A stretch of 64,000 nt of DNA from an uncultured Candidatus Saccharibacteria bacterium. Lineage in GTDB: Bacteria > Patescibacteriota > WWE3 > UBA101185 > 2-01-FULL-41-18. The translations under genes were made by a program, and so were the position numbers. The notes under the pieces are model-generated. The model worked only from the letters and a program-made list of their open reading frames with translations. It ran no database searches and was not told where the DNA came from. The stretch lies in contig CAZWQF010000002.1 of assembly GCA_964636285.1 (NCBI GenBank), forward strand, positions 73,669-137,668, in the 5' to 3' direction. This document shows positions 18,637 to 27,469 of this stretch, piece after piece (positions within the stretch are counted from its first letter, which is position 1; each line of letters starts with the position of its first letter).

Positions 18637-19749
18637 ATGAAAATAGCTATTGACGGAACTTTTTTAACTCAAAATAACAACGCAGGTCCAGAAAATTACG
18701 TCAAAAACCTTGTTGAATCAATGTTTTTGGTGGATTCAACTAGCGAGTACATTATTTATACATCTGAAGACAATGTTTTGTCAATTCCACCAGAAATGCA
18801 AGGTTCTAAAAAAGTTACGCTAAAAAAAGTGGGTAATGGACTCTTTGGAACTCAAGCAAAAATAGCACTTTCAGTACTTACTGATAAACCAAATGTGCTT
18901 TTTTGCCCTTTTCACAAGGCCCCTATGCTTCTTCTTCCGCTAGGTATCAAACCAACATTGATGATTCATGGGCTTGAATACGCATCCAATAACCTTAGTT
19001 TTTTTCAAAAACTCATTCCTGAAACACAGTTAAAGATATTAGCTAAGTATTCAAATAACATTATTGTCCCATCTAGATACGTTAACGAAAAACTCCAGAT
19101 TTTATATAAAGTTGATAAAACAAAAATTAAAATTGTGCCAGAAGGCGTCTCCAAAAAGTTCTTTTCTCAAGCATCTCAGGAGGAGATTGAGTCAGTACGT
19201 AATCAATATTCCATAAAAAATAAGTACATTCTTGCAGTCTCTACAATACAACCTAGGAAAAATTACAACAGGCTAATTCTTGCCTTTTCAAATCTTTGTA
19301 GGGATCCTGACTTTACCATGTCATTAGTCATCTGCGGAAAATACGGCTGGGGAGCAGAAGATACCCTAAGCCTACCTGAAAAACTGGGTATAAAAGACAG
19401 GGTTATTTTTACAGGACGAGTAGATGATAGCTATATAGCACCGTTATACCAAGGAAGCACCATCACAGCTAATGTATCACTTGAAGAAGGCTTTGGACTT
19501 CCTTTACTTGAAGCAATGGCGTCAAAAAAGCCTTTAGTAATTTCTAATCTAAAGCCGTATAAAGACCTTGCACAAGAAAACGCTGTCTATGTAAATCCGC
19601 ACGATGCTGAGTCGATTGAACAAGGCTTAAAAACAGCGCTTCAGGAGTACGATCACAGTAAACTTGAAAATGCGTGTAACATTGCGCTCGGAATGTCCTG
19701 GGAAAGATCAGCAACGGAAATTCTTACAATCTTAAAGTCTAACTATTGA
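18637..19749 (+). CDS. Glycosyltransferase family 4 (MtfB-like)
   Basis: MKIAID, PRKN, EEGFGLPLLEAM. Confidence 0.9.
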   Translation: MKIAIDGTFLTQNNNAGPENYVKNLVESMFLVDSTSEYIIYTSEDNVLSIPPEMQGSKKVTLKKVGNGLFGTQAKIALSVLTDKPNVLFCPFHKAPMLLLPLGIKPTLMIHGLEYASNNLSFFQKLIPETQLKILAKYSNNIIVPSRYVNEKLQILYKVDKTKIKIVPEGVSKKFFSQASQEEIESVRNQYSIKNKYILAVSTIQPRKNYNRLILAFSNLCRDPDFTMSLVICGKYGWGAEDTLSLPEKLGIKDRVIFTGRVDDSYIAPLYQGSTITANVSLEEGFGLPLLEAMASKKPLVISNLKPYKDLAQENAVYVNPHDAESIEQGLKTALQEYDHSKLENACNIALGMSWERSATEILTILKSNY

Positions 19750-20896
19750 ATACATCTAATGTAATTTGAGCAGAGTCTTCCCATTTGTACTTTTCGACCA
19801 ATTCAAGCCCCTTTAGCACTAACAGAGACCTAAGTTCAGGATCCTGAGTAACCTTGAACATAACACTAGCCATATCCTCTATATTCATTGGATCAAAAAA
19901 TGCTACGGAATCACCAAATATTTCCCTATGGCATTCAATATCTGAAATTGCGCATGGGAGCTTACAGGCCATAGCTTCTAGCGGAGTAAGACTGAACCCT
20001 TCTTTAAGCGAAGGAAAAACATAAGCAACTGCATTTTTTCTGAGTAGTGTGACCTCCTCATCAGTAATATAACTATCCTCCCCAGGCATCAAAATGAAGT
20101 CAGATAGATTTTTACGACACACCTGGTCATAAATAGCTTTTGAAAAGAAATCTTTCTTCCCGGCCAACACAAGCTGTCCTTTATATCCAAACTTATTTTT
20201 TAAGATCTCGAACGCATCAACAAGCCTCTCTACATTTTTATGCTTATACATACTGCTAACATACAGTAGGTACGGTCCTGTGATTTTAAACTTTGTTAAA
20301 ACCTGCTTTGTAGATTCCTCGGTTTTTGGATCAGACTCAACACCTAACAGCATCCTAAGTAAATCAGGATCCACACCCTCATAACAAACTATATATTTAT
20401 TCTCATTTATGAATGGATAGCTTTTCCTAAAATCGTGTAAGGTAGCTTTTGAGGCAACAATAACTTTCTTTGACTTGAGTGTGGCTAGAAGTACTACAAA
20501 GTAATAAACAAATTTTTTAAATCTGTAATACGGCTTTGGAAGCGTTGTTCCCTGCTCCGTACTGAAAGTATGCATGATGATGTCAGGAATTGCAGTAACC
20601 ATCTTTCCAGGATAAAAAATTGGTACGTTAAAGTGAGGAACATAAAATAAATCAGGACCAAACAGAATTATTTGAGCAAGAAAAAAAATCTGCTCTTCAA
20701 ACGAATACCAAGTAAAATCAGCCAAAATTTTTTTGAATTTTGGATTTGTTGGGGTGTAAGAGTCTATGCTCTTTTTCCTCATGAAAACAAGGTATTCATT
20801 AACTGTATCCAGCTTTTCAAGGTGTGTGAGGATGTTTTTTATATATCTACCGGGACCTGCTTCGCCGTAAAATCTGGCGTCAATTGCAATTCGCAT
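19739..20896 (-). CDS. Glycosyltransferase family 4 (MtfB-like)
   Basis: MRIAIDAR, HKN, EGFSLTPLEAM. Confidence 0.9.
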   Translation of the reverse strand: MRIAIDARFYGEAGPGRYIKNILTHLEKLDTVNEYLVFMRKKSIDSYTPTNPKFKKILADFTWYSFEEQIFFLAQIILFGPDLFYVPHFNVPIFYPGKMVTAIPDIIMHTFSTEQGTTLPKPYYRFKKFVYYFVVLLATLKSKKVIVASKATLHDFRKSYPFINENKYIVCYEGVDPDLLRMLLGVESDPKTEESTKQVLTKFKITGPYLLYVSSMYKHKNVERLVDAFEILKNKFGYKGQLVLAGKKDFFSKAIYDQVCRKNLSDFILMPGEDSYITDEEVTLLRKNAVAYVFPSLKEGFSLTPLEAMACKLPCAISDIECHREIFGDSVAFFDPMNIEDMASVMFKVTQDPELRSLLVLKGLELVEKYKWEDSAQITLDVFNS

Positions 20897-22251
20897 TATT
20901 TGTTGCCTATGATCAGCAAGACATCATAGCCTTTAGATTCAGGCAAATCCTGTGAAACCTCAAGATCATATTTTTCGGAAAGATCTTTTTTAAGAAGGTC
21001 TAAAAAGTCTTTTTTACTTGCTTTAAGCTTAAGGACAGTCTTTTGGTATCCAGTTTTATCGGCATCGCCTACCTCGGAAACTTTATATCCGTAGCTTTCA
21101 ACTTGTGCTTTAGCTTTTGAAGCCATTCCTGCAACTCCAACTCCATTTTCGACTCTAATTTTTAATGCTGATTTGTCAAGCAAAACTGCGCTTTTGGTGG
21201 CTTCTTTTGGGGCATCCTGGGAAGTTTTTGATCCTGCATCATCTTTTTTAGCGTCTGAAGCTCCAATAACCTGAGCATCTTCTTTTTTTGCAGAAGTATT
21301 GTTCTTACTTAAGTAGGTAAATCCAAAAAAACCAAGGACTAAAACCGACACTACTGCAAGTGAAGGTACAACGTATTTTACTATTGAAGTGTTGTTTGGT
21401 GCTCCAAGCTCTAGATGAAGTACATTTCTAAAGTTATAGTACGCATCAACAATTTCCTCATACCTTGCCTTTAATATTGAATGTGTCATCAAGAGCCTCT
21501 CAAACTGCGGGAATGTCTCTGATGAATCCTGAGAAGGGATATCAAGCTTGTGAGCCACAAAAGGCGCGGAAATCTCAAGTGGATCCCCTACAAAATACAC
21601 ATCTGTAACAGGCTTCTCTCTGTTGAATGTTGAAAGCTCTTTAATTAAAGATGCAGTCTTCTCATTCATATCTGCAGAAGAGTTATAAGTGCCGGAAAAA
21701 TAAACTCCACCATACTCTGAGGCAACAAGAGCTGATTCGTCTACTCCCTTATGCACAAAGAAAAATGGGCTTAAAGACCCAACAAACTGTGCAAATATAA
21801 AAGATACAGGTAGAATCGCTTCAAGTTTTAAACCAAGACCTTCAGACAGTTCAAGGTAGGTATCAATTATATCTTTAGGGATTCCCACATATTGATAAAT
21901 AAACGGGCTCATTTTTTGGTAGGTGTTATACATTTGATCCAAAGGCCCGCCAACAAACTCAACAGCTTGAGCCTTAAGACCGTCAAAAATATCTGTGTCG
22001 TCATTTCTAACAACAAAGAACCTATCGTATATTTCTTTTTCGGAAACTATGAAAACAACTTTAGTAAGCTTTGTATTTAGGGACTTGTATGCCGACTTAA
22101 GTGCTTGGAAGAAACCATCTTTATCAAGTATTTTTGTATCATTTACAATAGAGCCGTCTAAACTTACTTCTAGTGATTTTAGGTCACTAGTCAGTAATCT
22201 GAGAGAATTTCTATTTATCTCAACAAGTAGTGTATTTGTAAATGTTTGCAT
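20896..22251 (-). CDS. PilM/actin-fold-like N-domain, TM and LytR_C domain protein
   Basis: C-terminal IRVENGVGVAGMA...GY.V..VGDAD...VLLIIG is LytR_C; N-terminal resemblance to PilM is weaker. Confidence 0.65.
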   Translation of the reverse strand: MQTFTNTLLVEINRNSLRLLTSDLKSLEVSLDGSIVNDTKILDKDGFFQALKSAYKSLNTKLTKVVFIVSEKEIYDRFFVVRNDDTDIFDGLKAQAVEFVGGPLDQMYNTYQKMSPFIYQYVGIPKDIIDTYLELSEGLGLKLEAILPVSFIFAQFVGSLSPFFFVHKGVDESALVASEYGGVYFSGTYNSSADMNEKTASLIKELSTFNREKPVTDVYFVGDPLEISAPFVAHKLDIPSQDSSETFPQFERLLMTHSILKARYEEIVDAYYNFRNVLHLELGAPNNTSIVKYVVPSLAVVSVLVLGFFGFTYLSKNNTSAKKEDAQVIGASDAKKDDAGSKTSQDAPKEATKSAVLLDKSALKIRVENGVGVAGMASKAKAQVESYGYKVSEVGDADKTGYQKTVLKLKASKKDFLDLLKKDLSEKYDLEVSQDLPESKGYDVLLIIGNK

Positions 22252-22273
22252 ACAGTATGGCTATGATAACAAA

Positions 22274-22843
22274 TCAAGTTTTAGTAATAAAGAGTAAGAA
22301 TTCAGTATTTTTGCCTCTTTCGCCTTTAATTGGTGATTCAACAACACCTTTGAGTGTTATTTCAGGAATTTGTTCTATCTGGAGTTTAACCTGCTGAACA
22401 ACTTCAAGAACCGCTTCGTCAGGAAGCTTTCCTTTAACCAAGTGATGCTTCTTTGCTTCGTAATGAGGCTTAAGAAGCGAGACAATAACTCCACCAGATT
22501 TTAAATTCTTTATACAAGAAGGCAAAACAAGCTCCTGCCGTGTGAAGCCAACATCAACGCTAATAAAGTCAACTTGTTCGGGTAAAGTTACGTGAAGGGC
22601 ATTTGTTCGTTCCATCACCACTACCCTTGAGTCATTTCTAAGTGTCCAGGCAAGTTCTCCGTAGGAAACATCAACTGAATAAACCTTTTTTGCACCCCTT
22701 TTCAGTAAGCAGTCTACAAACCCACCAGTTGAACTTCCAAAATCTGCACAGACTTTGCCTTCAACCAAAAGCTGAAAGTGATTTAAAGCGTGTTCTAGTT
22801 TTGCGCCTGCTCTTGAGGCAAAATTTGATTGATCAGAACTCAT
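22274..22843 (-). CDS. tlyA: TlyA-family rRNA methyltransferase lacking the S4 domain
   Basis: SRAGAKL, DFGSSTGGF.D.LL, KPHYE, SPIKG..N.EF. Confidence 0.85.
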   Translation of the reverse strand: MSSDQSNFASRAGAKLEHALNHFQLLVEGKVCADFGSSTGGFVDCLLKRGAKKVYSVDVSYGELAWTLRNDSRVVVMERTNALHVTLPEQVDFISVDVGFTRQELVLPSCIKNLKSGGVIVSLLKPHYEAKKHHLVKGKLPDEAVLEVVQQVKLQIEQIPEITLKGVVESPIKGERGKNTEFLLFITKT

Positions 22844-23906
22844 AATTATATTTTCTCTGATTATAAATAGAGTTTACTATACCAAGGCACGAAAAGGTTA
22901 AGAGCATAGAGCTCCCACCATACGACATCATAGGTAGAGGAATTCCTGTAACCGGCATGATTCCTAGATTCATTCCTATGTTTACAAAAATTTGAAAGAT
23001 GAGCATTGCAAACACACCAACGCATATTAGTGTTTCGTGAGTTGTTTTGGTTTTTTCAATTACTTTGATAATTGAACCAAGAAGTATTGAATAAAAAAGG
23101 AGAAGGACAAGAACGCCAACAAAGCCCCACTCTTCGGAATAAGAAGCAAACATAAAGTCCGTATGAAACTCAGGGAGATACCTGAGTTTTGACTGAGTAC
23201 CATGGCCAAAGCCTTTTCCAAAAAACATACCAGAACCAACAGCAATTTTTGACTGAAGTACATTGTATCCAGCTTTTAGAGGGTCAAGGTTTGGATTTGT
23301 GAATACTAGAATCCTCTGTTGTTGGTATGGAGCTAAGGAGTGCCAAATAATATTTGAAAATAAGCCAAATGCTAAAAATGCAATCAAAGCGTATTTGAGC
23401 TCAAACCTTCGAATAAAAAGCATGACTACATATATTGCTACAAATGTAAGAGCAGTTCCCAGATCGGGTTGCCATAAAACTGCAGCAAACAAAGGTAGGA
23501 ACATTGCTAGAGAGAACAAAATACCTTTTATATCCATCTTCTCTTTTTTATAAGAAGCCAAGTAGCCTGATAAAGTAAGGATAATTGTTAGCTTTGCTAT
23601 TTCCGAGGGTTGAAGATTAAAGGGCCCTAAGGAAAGCCATCTAGCGGAGCCTCTTACACTCTCTGCAAATAAGTGCGTTATTATAAGGAGCGCTGTGTTT
23701 CCTGCATAAATATAGAATTTGAAAAAATCAAGAAGATCTATTTTAATATTCGAAAATATAAAAAAGGCAGTTATTCCCAAAAGAACATAAAAGGTTTGTG
23801 TTCTGGCTAAATCTGAATTAAGAGACAAGAGCACAGAAATACTTAACGAACAGATAAGCACTGCCGGCAAAAATAGCCAGAAATTTATGGAAAGGTATTT
23901 TGTCAT
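22833..23906 (-). CDS. rodA: Rod shape-determining SEDS protein RodA
   Basis: QPSEIAK, QPDLGT, LPEFHTDF, GIPLP.MSYGGS. Confidence 0.9.
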   Translation of the reverse strand: MTKYLSINFWLFLPAVLICSLSISVLLSLNSDLARTQTFYVLLGITAFFIFSNIKIDLLDFFKFYIYAGNTALLIITHLFAESVRGSARWLSLGPFNLQPSEIAKLTIILTLSGYLASYKKEKMDIKGILFSLAMFLPLFAAVLWQPDLGTALTFVAIYVVMLFIRRFELKYALIAFLAFGLFSNIIWHSLAPYQQQRILVFTNPNLDPLKAGYNVLQSKIAVGSGMFFGKGFGHGTQSKLRYLPEFHTDFMFASYSEEWGFVGVLVLLLFYSILLGSIIKVIEKTKTTHETLICVGVFAMLIFQIFVNIGMNLGIMPVTGIPLPMMSYGGSSMLLTFSCLGIVNSIYNQRKYNYEF

Positions 23907-23913
23907 GCTTGAC

Positions 23914-26751
23914 TTAAAAAACCTGTAATTTAGAACCCGATTTTAATTCTTTTACAGAAGCTTTTTGTTTGATGTACTCCTCAAAAGCCAACACAGCCCT
24001 ATTTAATTTCTCTGACGATTCATACTCAACATTAACTTTGTCATGCACGGAGAGTCCAAGTTCTTTTCTTAAAACTTGAATTGAACGCACTAGATCTCTT
24101 GCTAAACCCTCAAGCTCCAGCTCCTCTGTAATTGTTGTATCAAGCTCTGCTTGAAGCTGAGCACCCTGCTGTTTTATCACTACATCCTTAACGTTTAGTT
24201 CTTCTTTCAGGATTTCAATTAATTCATCCTTAAGTTTAAGTCCTTTTTGAGAAACAGTGATTTTGCTTAGTGGCTGCCTCACTTTAATTTCCTTTGATTT
24301 TCTCTCTGAGTGCCCTATTTCAACAACTTTTTTAACTTCTTCCATCTCAACTTCAAGTTCGGAGTCGATCAAACCTGCATCAAAAACAGGCCAATTCGTT
24401 AAGTGCACTGAAGAATCACTATTTTTATCATCACTCTTAGACGATTTTGCTTTCAGCTCATTGTAAACAACTTCTGCCATGAATGGAGTTATTGGAGCCA
24501 GCATTTGTGCAGTAACCTCTATAACCTTAGCTAGAGTTGATACAGTATCTCTATCGTCTTTCAACCTCTCCCTGCTTCTTCTTAAATACCAAGTTGAAAC
24601 AAGGTCAATGTAGCTTTGTACCTCTCTACACGCTGAGACTACATCATATGCGTCCATAAATTCGGTGACCTTTTTAAGTGTTGTGTTTGTAAGAGAGGCC
24701 GCCCATCTGTCCATAACGTGTTTTGAGGAGAAAGAAGGATTGATTTCTTTACCACCATACATCATTAAGAAAGAGTGCACATTCCAAAAAATGTTCATGA
24801 CTTTCTTGTAAACTTCATCAACATCTTTTTCAAGCAAGATGACATTCTCCCCTTTCATAACTGTTGTGGACATCATATAAAACCTTACTGCATCCACGCC
24901 ATACTTCTCAAAGACCATTGAAGGATCCGGATAATTCTTCTTGGACTTTGACATTTTTTTACCATCTGATCCAAGATAAACACCGGTAACAACAACATTC
25001 TTGAAACTGGGCTTATCAAAAAGACCCACTGCTACTCTGTGAAGAACGTTAAACCAAGCTCTAACTTGACCCACGTACTCTGCAATAAAGTCTGCTGGGT
25101 ATCTTTGTTCAAAAATGTCTTGATTTTCAAAAGGATAGTGAAGCTCTGCAAAAGGCATTGAAGCTGACTCAACCCAGCAGTCAAAAACTTCGGGTATTCT
25201 CTTCATAGCGCCGTGACCACATTTACAGTTAAGTTCGATTTCATCAATGTATGGTCTATGTAAGTCCTTTAATCCATCAACCTTTGCTGGATTAACAGCT
25301 CTCTCTTTTAATTCCTGTACCGAACCGATGATGTCCCTTGATCCACAATCTTCACAAACCCAAATCGGCATTGGAGATCCCCAAAACCTATTTCTAGAAA
25401 CATTCCAGTCCGGAGAACTTGTCAAAATATTTTTGAACTGGCCATGCTTAAAATGCGAAGGGACCCAGTTTATGTTTTCGTTTTCAGCTATAAGCTTATC
25501 CTTCATTTTCTGAACATTAATAAACCATGCCGGTAAAGCACTGTAGTAAAGAGGAGCTTCGCATCTGTAACAAAATGGGTAGGAGTGTGTGACTTTTTCT
25601 ATTTTGTAGGCTAAATTCCTATTTTTGAGATCTTCCAAAATTATGGGATTTGCCTGCTTAAAGGATTTTCCCTGCACAATTTCAACAAACGGTAAAAACC
25701 TTCCAGTATCATCTAGCATTGGAATTGTTGGAAGATCAATTTCAAGGGCAAGCTTATAGTCATCTTCTCCATATATTGATGCTGTATGTACAATGCCCGA
25801 ACCGTCATCCATGCTCACAAACCAAGCTTTTGCAACGTAATATGCTTTTTTATCACCTATAGGTAAGTAGTCATATAAAGGTTCATACGCGATTCCACAA
25901 AGTTCCTCGCCCTTCATTTTTTTGACTATTGTGTATTCCCCATCCAAAACTGAAAGCCGAGCCTCTGCAAGAATTAAATACTCTGATCCTACTTTTACTT
26001 TTACGTAGTCGGCATCCTCTTTGACTGCAAGACCTACGTTTCCAGGGAGCGTCCAAGGAGTTGTTGTCCAAGCCAAAAGATAGGTATTTTCTTCGCCTTT
26101 TACCTTGAATTTTATAAAAATGGAGTCATCTTCAACATCTCTGTAGCTGTTGTCCATTGCAACTTCAAAGTTTGAAAGAGGGGTAGCGCATCTAGGACAG
26201 TACAGGATCACGTGTCTACCTTCGTACACCAAACCCTTCTGGTGAAGCGTCTTGAATGCCCACCAAACGGACTCCATGTATGTGTTGTCCATTGTTTTAT
26301 AGGAGTGTTCCATGTCTACCCACCTGCCTATTCGCCTAATTATGCTTCTCCATTCCTTATCATATGCAAGCACCGAATCTTTACATGCCTTGTTAAACTT
26401 CTCTATCCCAAGCTCTTCTATTCCCTTCTTACCGCCCTTTAAATCAAGCTGTTTCTCAACCATATTCTCAATTGGAAGACCATGGCAGTCCCAGCCCCAA
26501 ACTCGGTCGACCCTGAAACCCTTCATTGTCCAATATCTACCTACAACATCTTTAATTGTAGATCCTAACAAATGCCCATAATGAGGAAGCCCAGTTGCAA
26601 AAGGAGGGCCATCATAAAACCTGTAGGATTTGGAATTTTCTCTAATGGAAATTGATTTTTCAAAAGTTTTATTGATATCCCAATATTCAAGAACCTTTTT
26701 TTCAAGATCCGAAAAATTCTGCTTTTCCTGATAGTTACCTACAAACTTCAT
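23914..26751 (-). CDS. ileS: Isoleucine--tRNA ligase (type 2)
   Basis: GPPFATGLPHYGH, GWDCHGLP, WTTTPWTL, KMSKS. Confidence 0.96.
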   Translation of the reverse strand: MKFVGNYQEKQNFSDLEKKVLEYWDINKTFEKSISIRENSKSYRFYDGPPFATGLPHYGHLLGSTIKDVVGRYWTMKGFRVDRVWGWDCHGLPIENMVEKQLDLKGGKKGIEELGIEKFNKACKDSVLAYDKEWRSIIRRIGRWVDMEHSYKTMDNTYMESVWWAFKTLHQKGLVYEGRHVILYCPRCATPLSNFEVAMDNSYRDVEDDSIFIKFKVKGEENTYLLAWTTTPWTLPGNVGLAVKEDADYVKVKVGSEYLILAEARLSVLDGEYTIVKKMKGEELCGIAYEPLYDYLPIGDKKAYYVAKAWFVSMDDGSGIVHTASIYGEDDYKLALEIDLPTIPMLDDTGRFLPFVEIVQGKSFKQANPIILEDLKNRNLAYKIEKVTHSYPFCYRCEAPLYYSALPAWFINVQKMKDKLIAENENINWVPSHFKHGQFKNILTSSPDWNVSRNRFWGSPMPIWVCEDCGSRDIIGSVQELKERAVNPAKVDGLKDLHRPYIDEIELNCKCGHGAMKRIPEVFDCWVESASMPFAELHYPFENQDIFEQRYPADFIAEYVGQVRAWFNVLHRVAVGLFDKPSFKNVVVTGVYLGSDGKKMSKSKKNYPDPSMVFEKYGVDAVRFYMMSTTVMKGENVILLEKDVDEVYKKVMNIFWNVHSFLMMYGGKEINPSFSSKHVMDRWAASLTNTTLKKVTEFMDAYDVVSACREVQSYIDLVSTWYLRRSRERLKDDRDTVSTLAKVIEVTAQMLAPITPFMAEVVYNELKAKSSKSDDKNSDSSVHLTNWPVFDAGLIDSELEVEMEEVKKVVEIGHSERKSKEIKVRQPLSKITVSQKGLKLKDELIEILKEELNVKDVVIKQQGAQLQAELDTTITEELELEGLARDLVRSIQVLRKELGLSVHDKVNVEYESSEKLNRAVLAFEEYIKQKASVKELKSGSKLQVF

Positions 26752-26765
26752 ATAATGCGAGCTTA

Positions 26766-26921
26766 TTACCTCTGAGAGTTAAAATCAACAGGTTTACTTT
26801 TATTTATAAATTGGTCTGCTTCAACGGCTCTTACAACAAGTATGCTCATTACAACAAATAGAAGCATAATTAGTATTCCTAGGGCAATTAAATTGTTTCC
26901 TTTTACGCTTTTGACTTCCAT
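26766..26921 (-). CDS. Small single-TM protein (51 aa), below the ORF-track cutoff
   Basis: MEVKSVKGNNLIALGILIMLLFVVMSILVVRAVEADQFINKSKPVDFNSQR; overlaps the pduO stop and fills the gap to ileS. Confidence 0.6.
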   Translation of the reverse strand: MEVKSVKGNNLIALGILIMLLFVVMSILVVRAVEADQFINKSKPVDFNSQR

Positions 26922-27454
26922 ATGACATCTGTATTTCCATCTAATATATTAGTATATCTTGCAAAGACAAACAAAAGATCCGATAACCGATTCAGATACA
27001 TTATTATATTTGGATTTACTGAATCAACCTCATCTAAAAGCACAACGCTTCTTTCAACTCTCCTAGAAATGGCTCTAGATAAATGAAATGAGGCCGAAAC
27101 TGGAGAACCTCCTGGTAAAATAAAATACTTTAATGTAGGAAGTTTTTTATCAAGCAGGTCAATCTGCTTTTCCAAAAAAGTTACCTTTGACTTTCCAAGT
27201 TTAAACTTTTTTACCATGTTTTTATTTTTGGGGTCTTGAGCAATTTCAGATCCGATTTCGAAAAGAGTATTTTGTATGGTCAACAGGGTCTTATTCACTG
27301 AAGGGTAATTTGAGTGAGAAACAATATACCCAATAAATGAGTTTAGCTCATCAAGATTTCCAACTGCATCTATTATCAATGAGGCTTTTGAGACTCTTCT
27401 GCCTCCCGGAAGAAGAGTCTCTCCACCATCCCCTGTCCTAGTATAAATTTTCAT
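26903..27454 (-). CDS. pduO: PduO-type cob(I)alamin adenosyltransferase
   Basis: KIYTRTGDGGET, DELNS, FILPGG, RRVER, YLNRLSD. Confidence 0.92.
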   Translation of the reverse strand: MKIYTRTGDGGETLLPGGRRVSKASLIIDAVGNLDELNSFIGYIVSHSNYPSVNKTLLTIQNTLFEIGSEIAQDPKNKNMVKKFKLGKSKVTFLEKQIDLLDKKLPTLKYFILPGGSPVSASFHLSRAISRRVERSVVLLDEVDSVNPNIIMYLNRLSDLLFVFARYTNILDGNTDVIWKSKA

Positions 27455-27469
27455 GTTAAAGCAATGAAC

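Noticed and set aside
23914-26751. Type 2 IleRS as an acquired mupirocin-resistance gene; T-box leader
   Set aside because: It sits in a housekeeping run with no mobility signs; only 14 nt separate it from the upstream small ORF, leaving no room for a T-box
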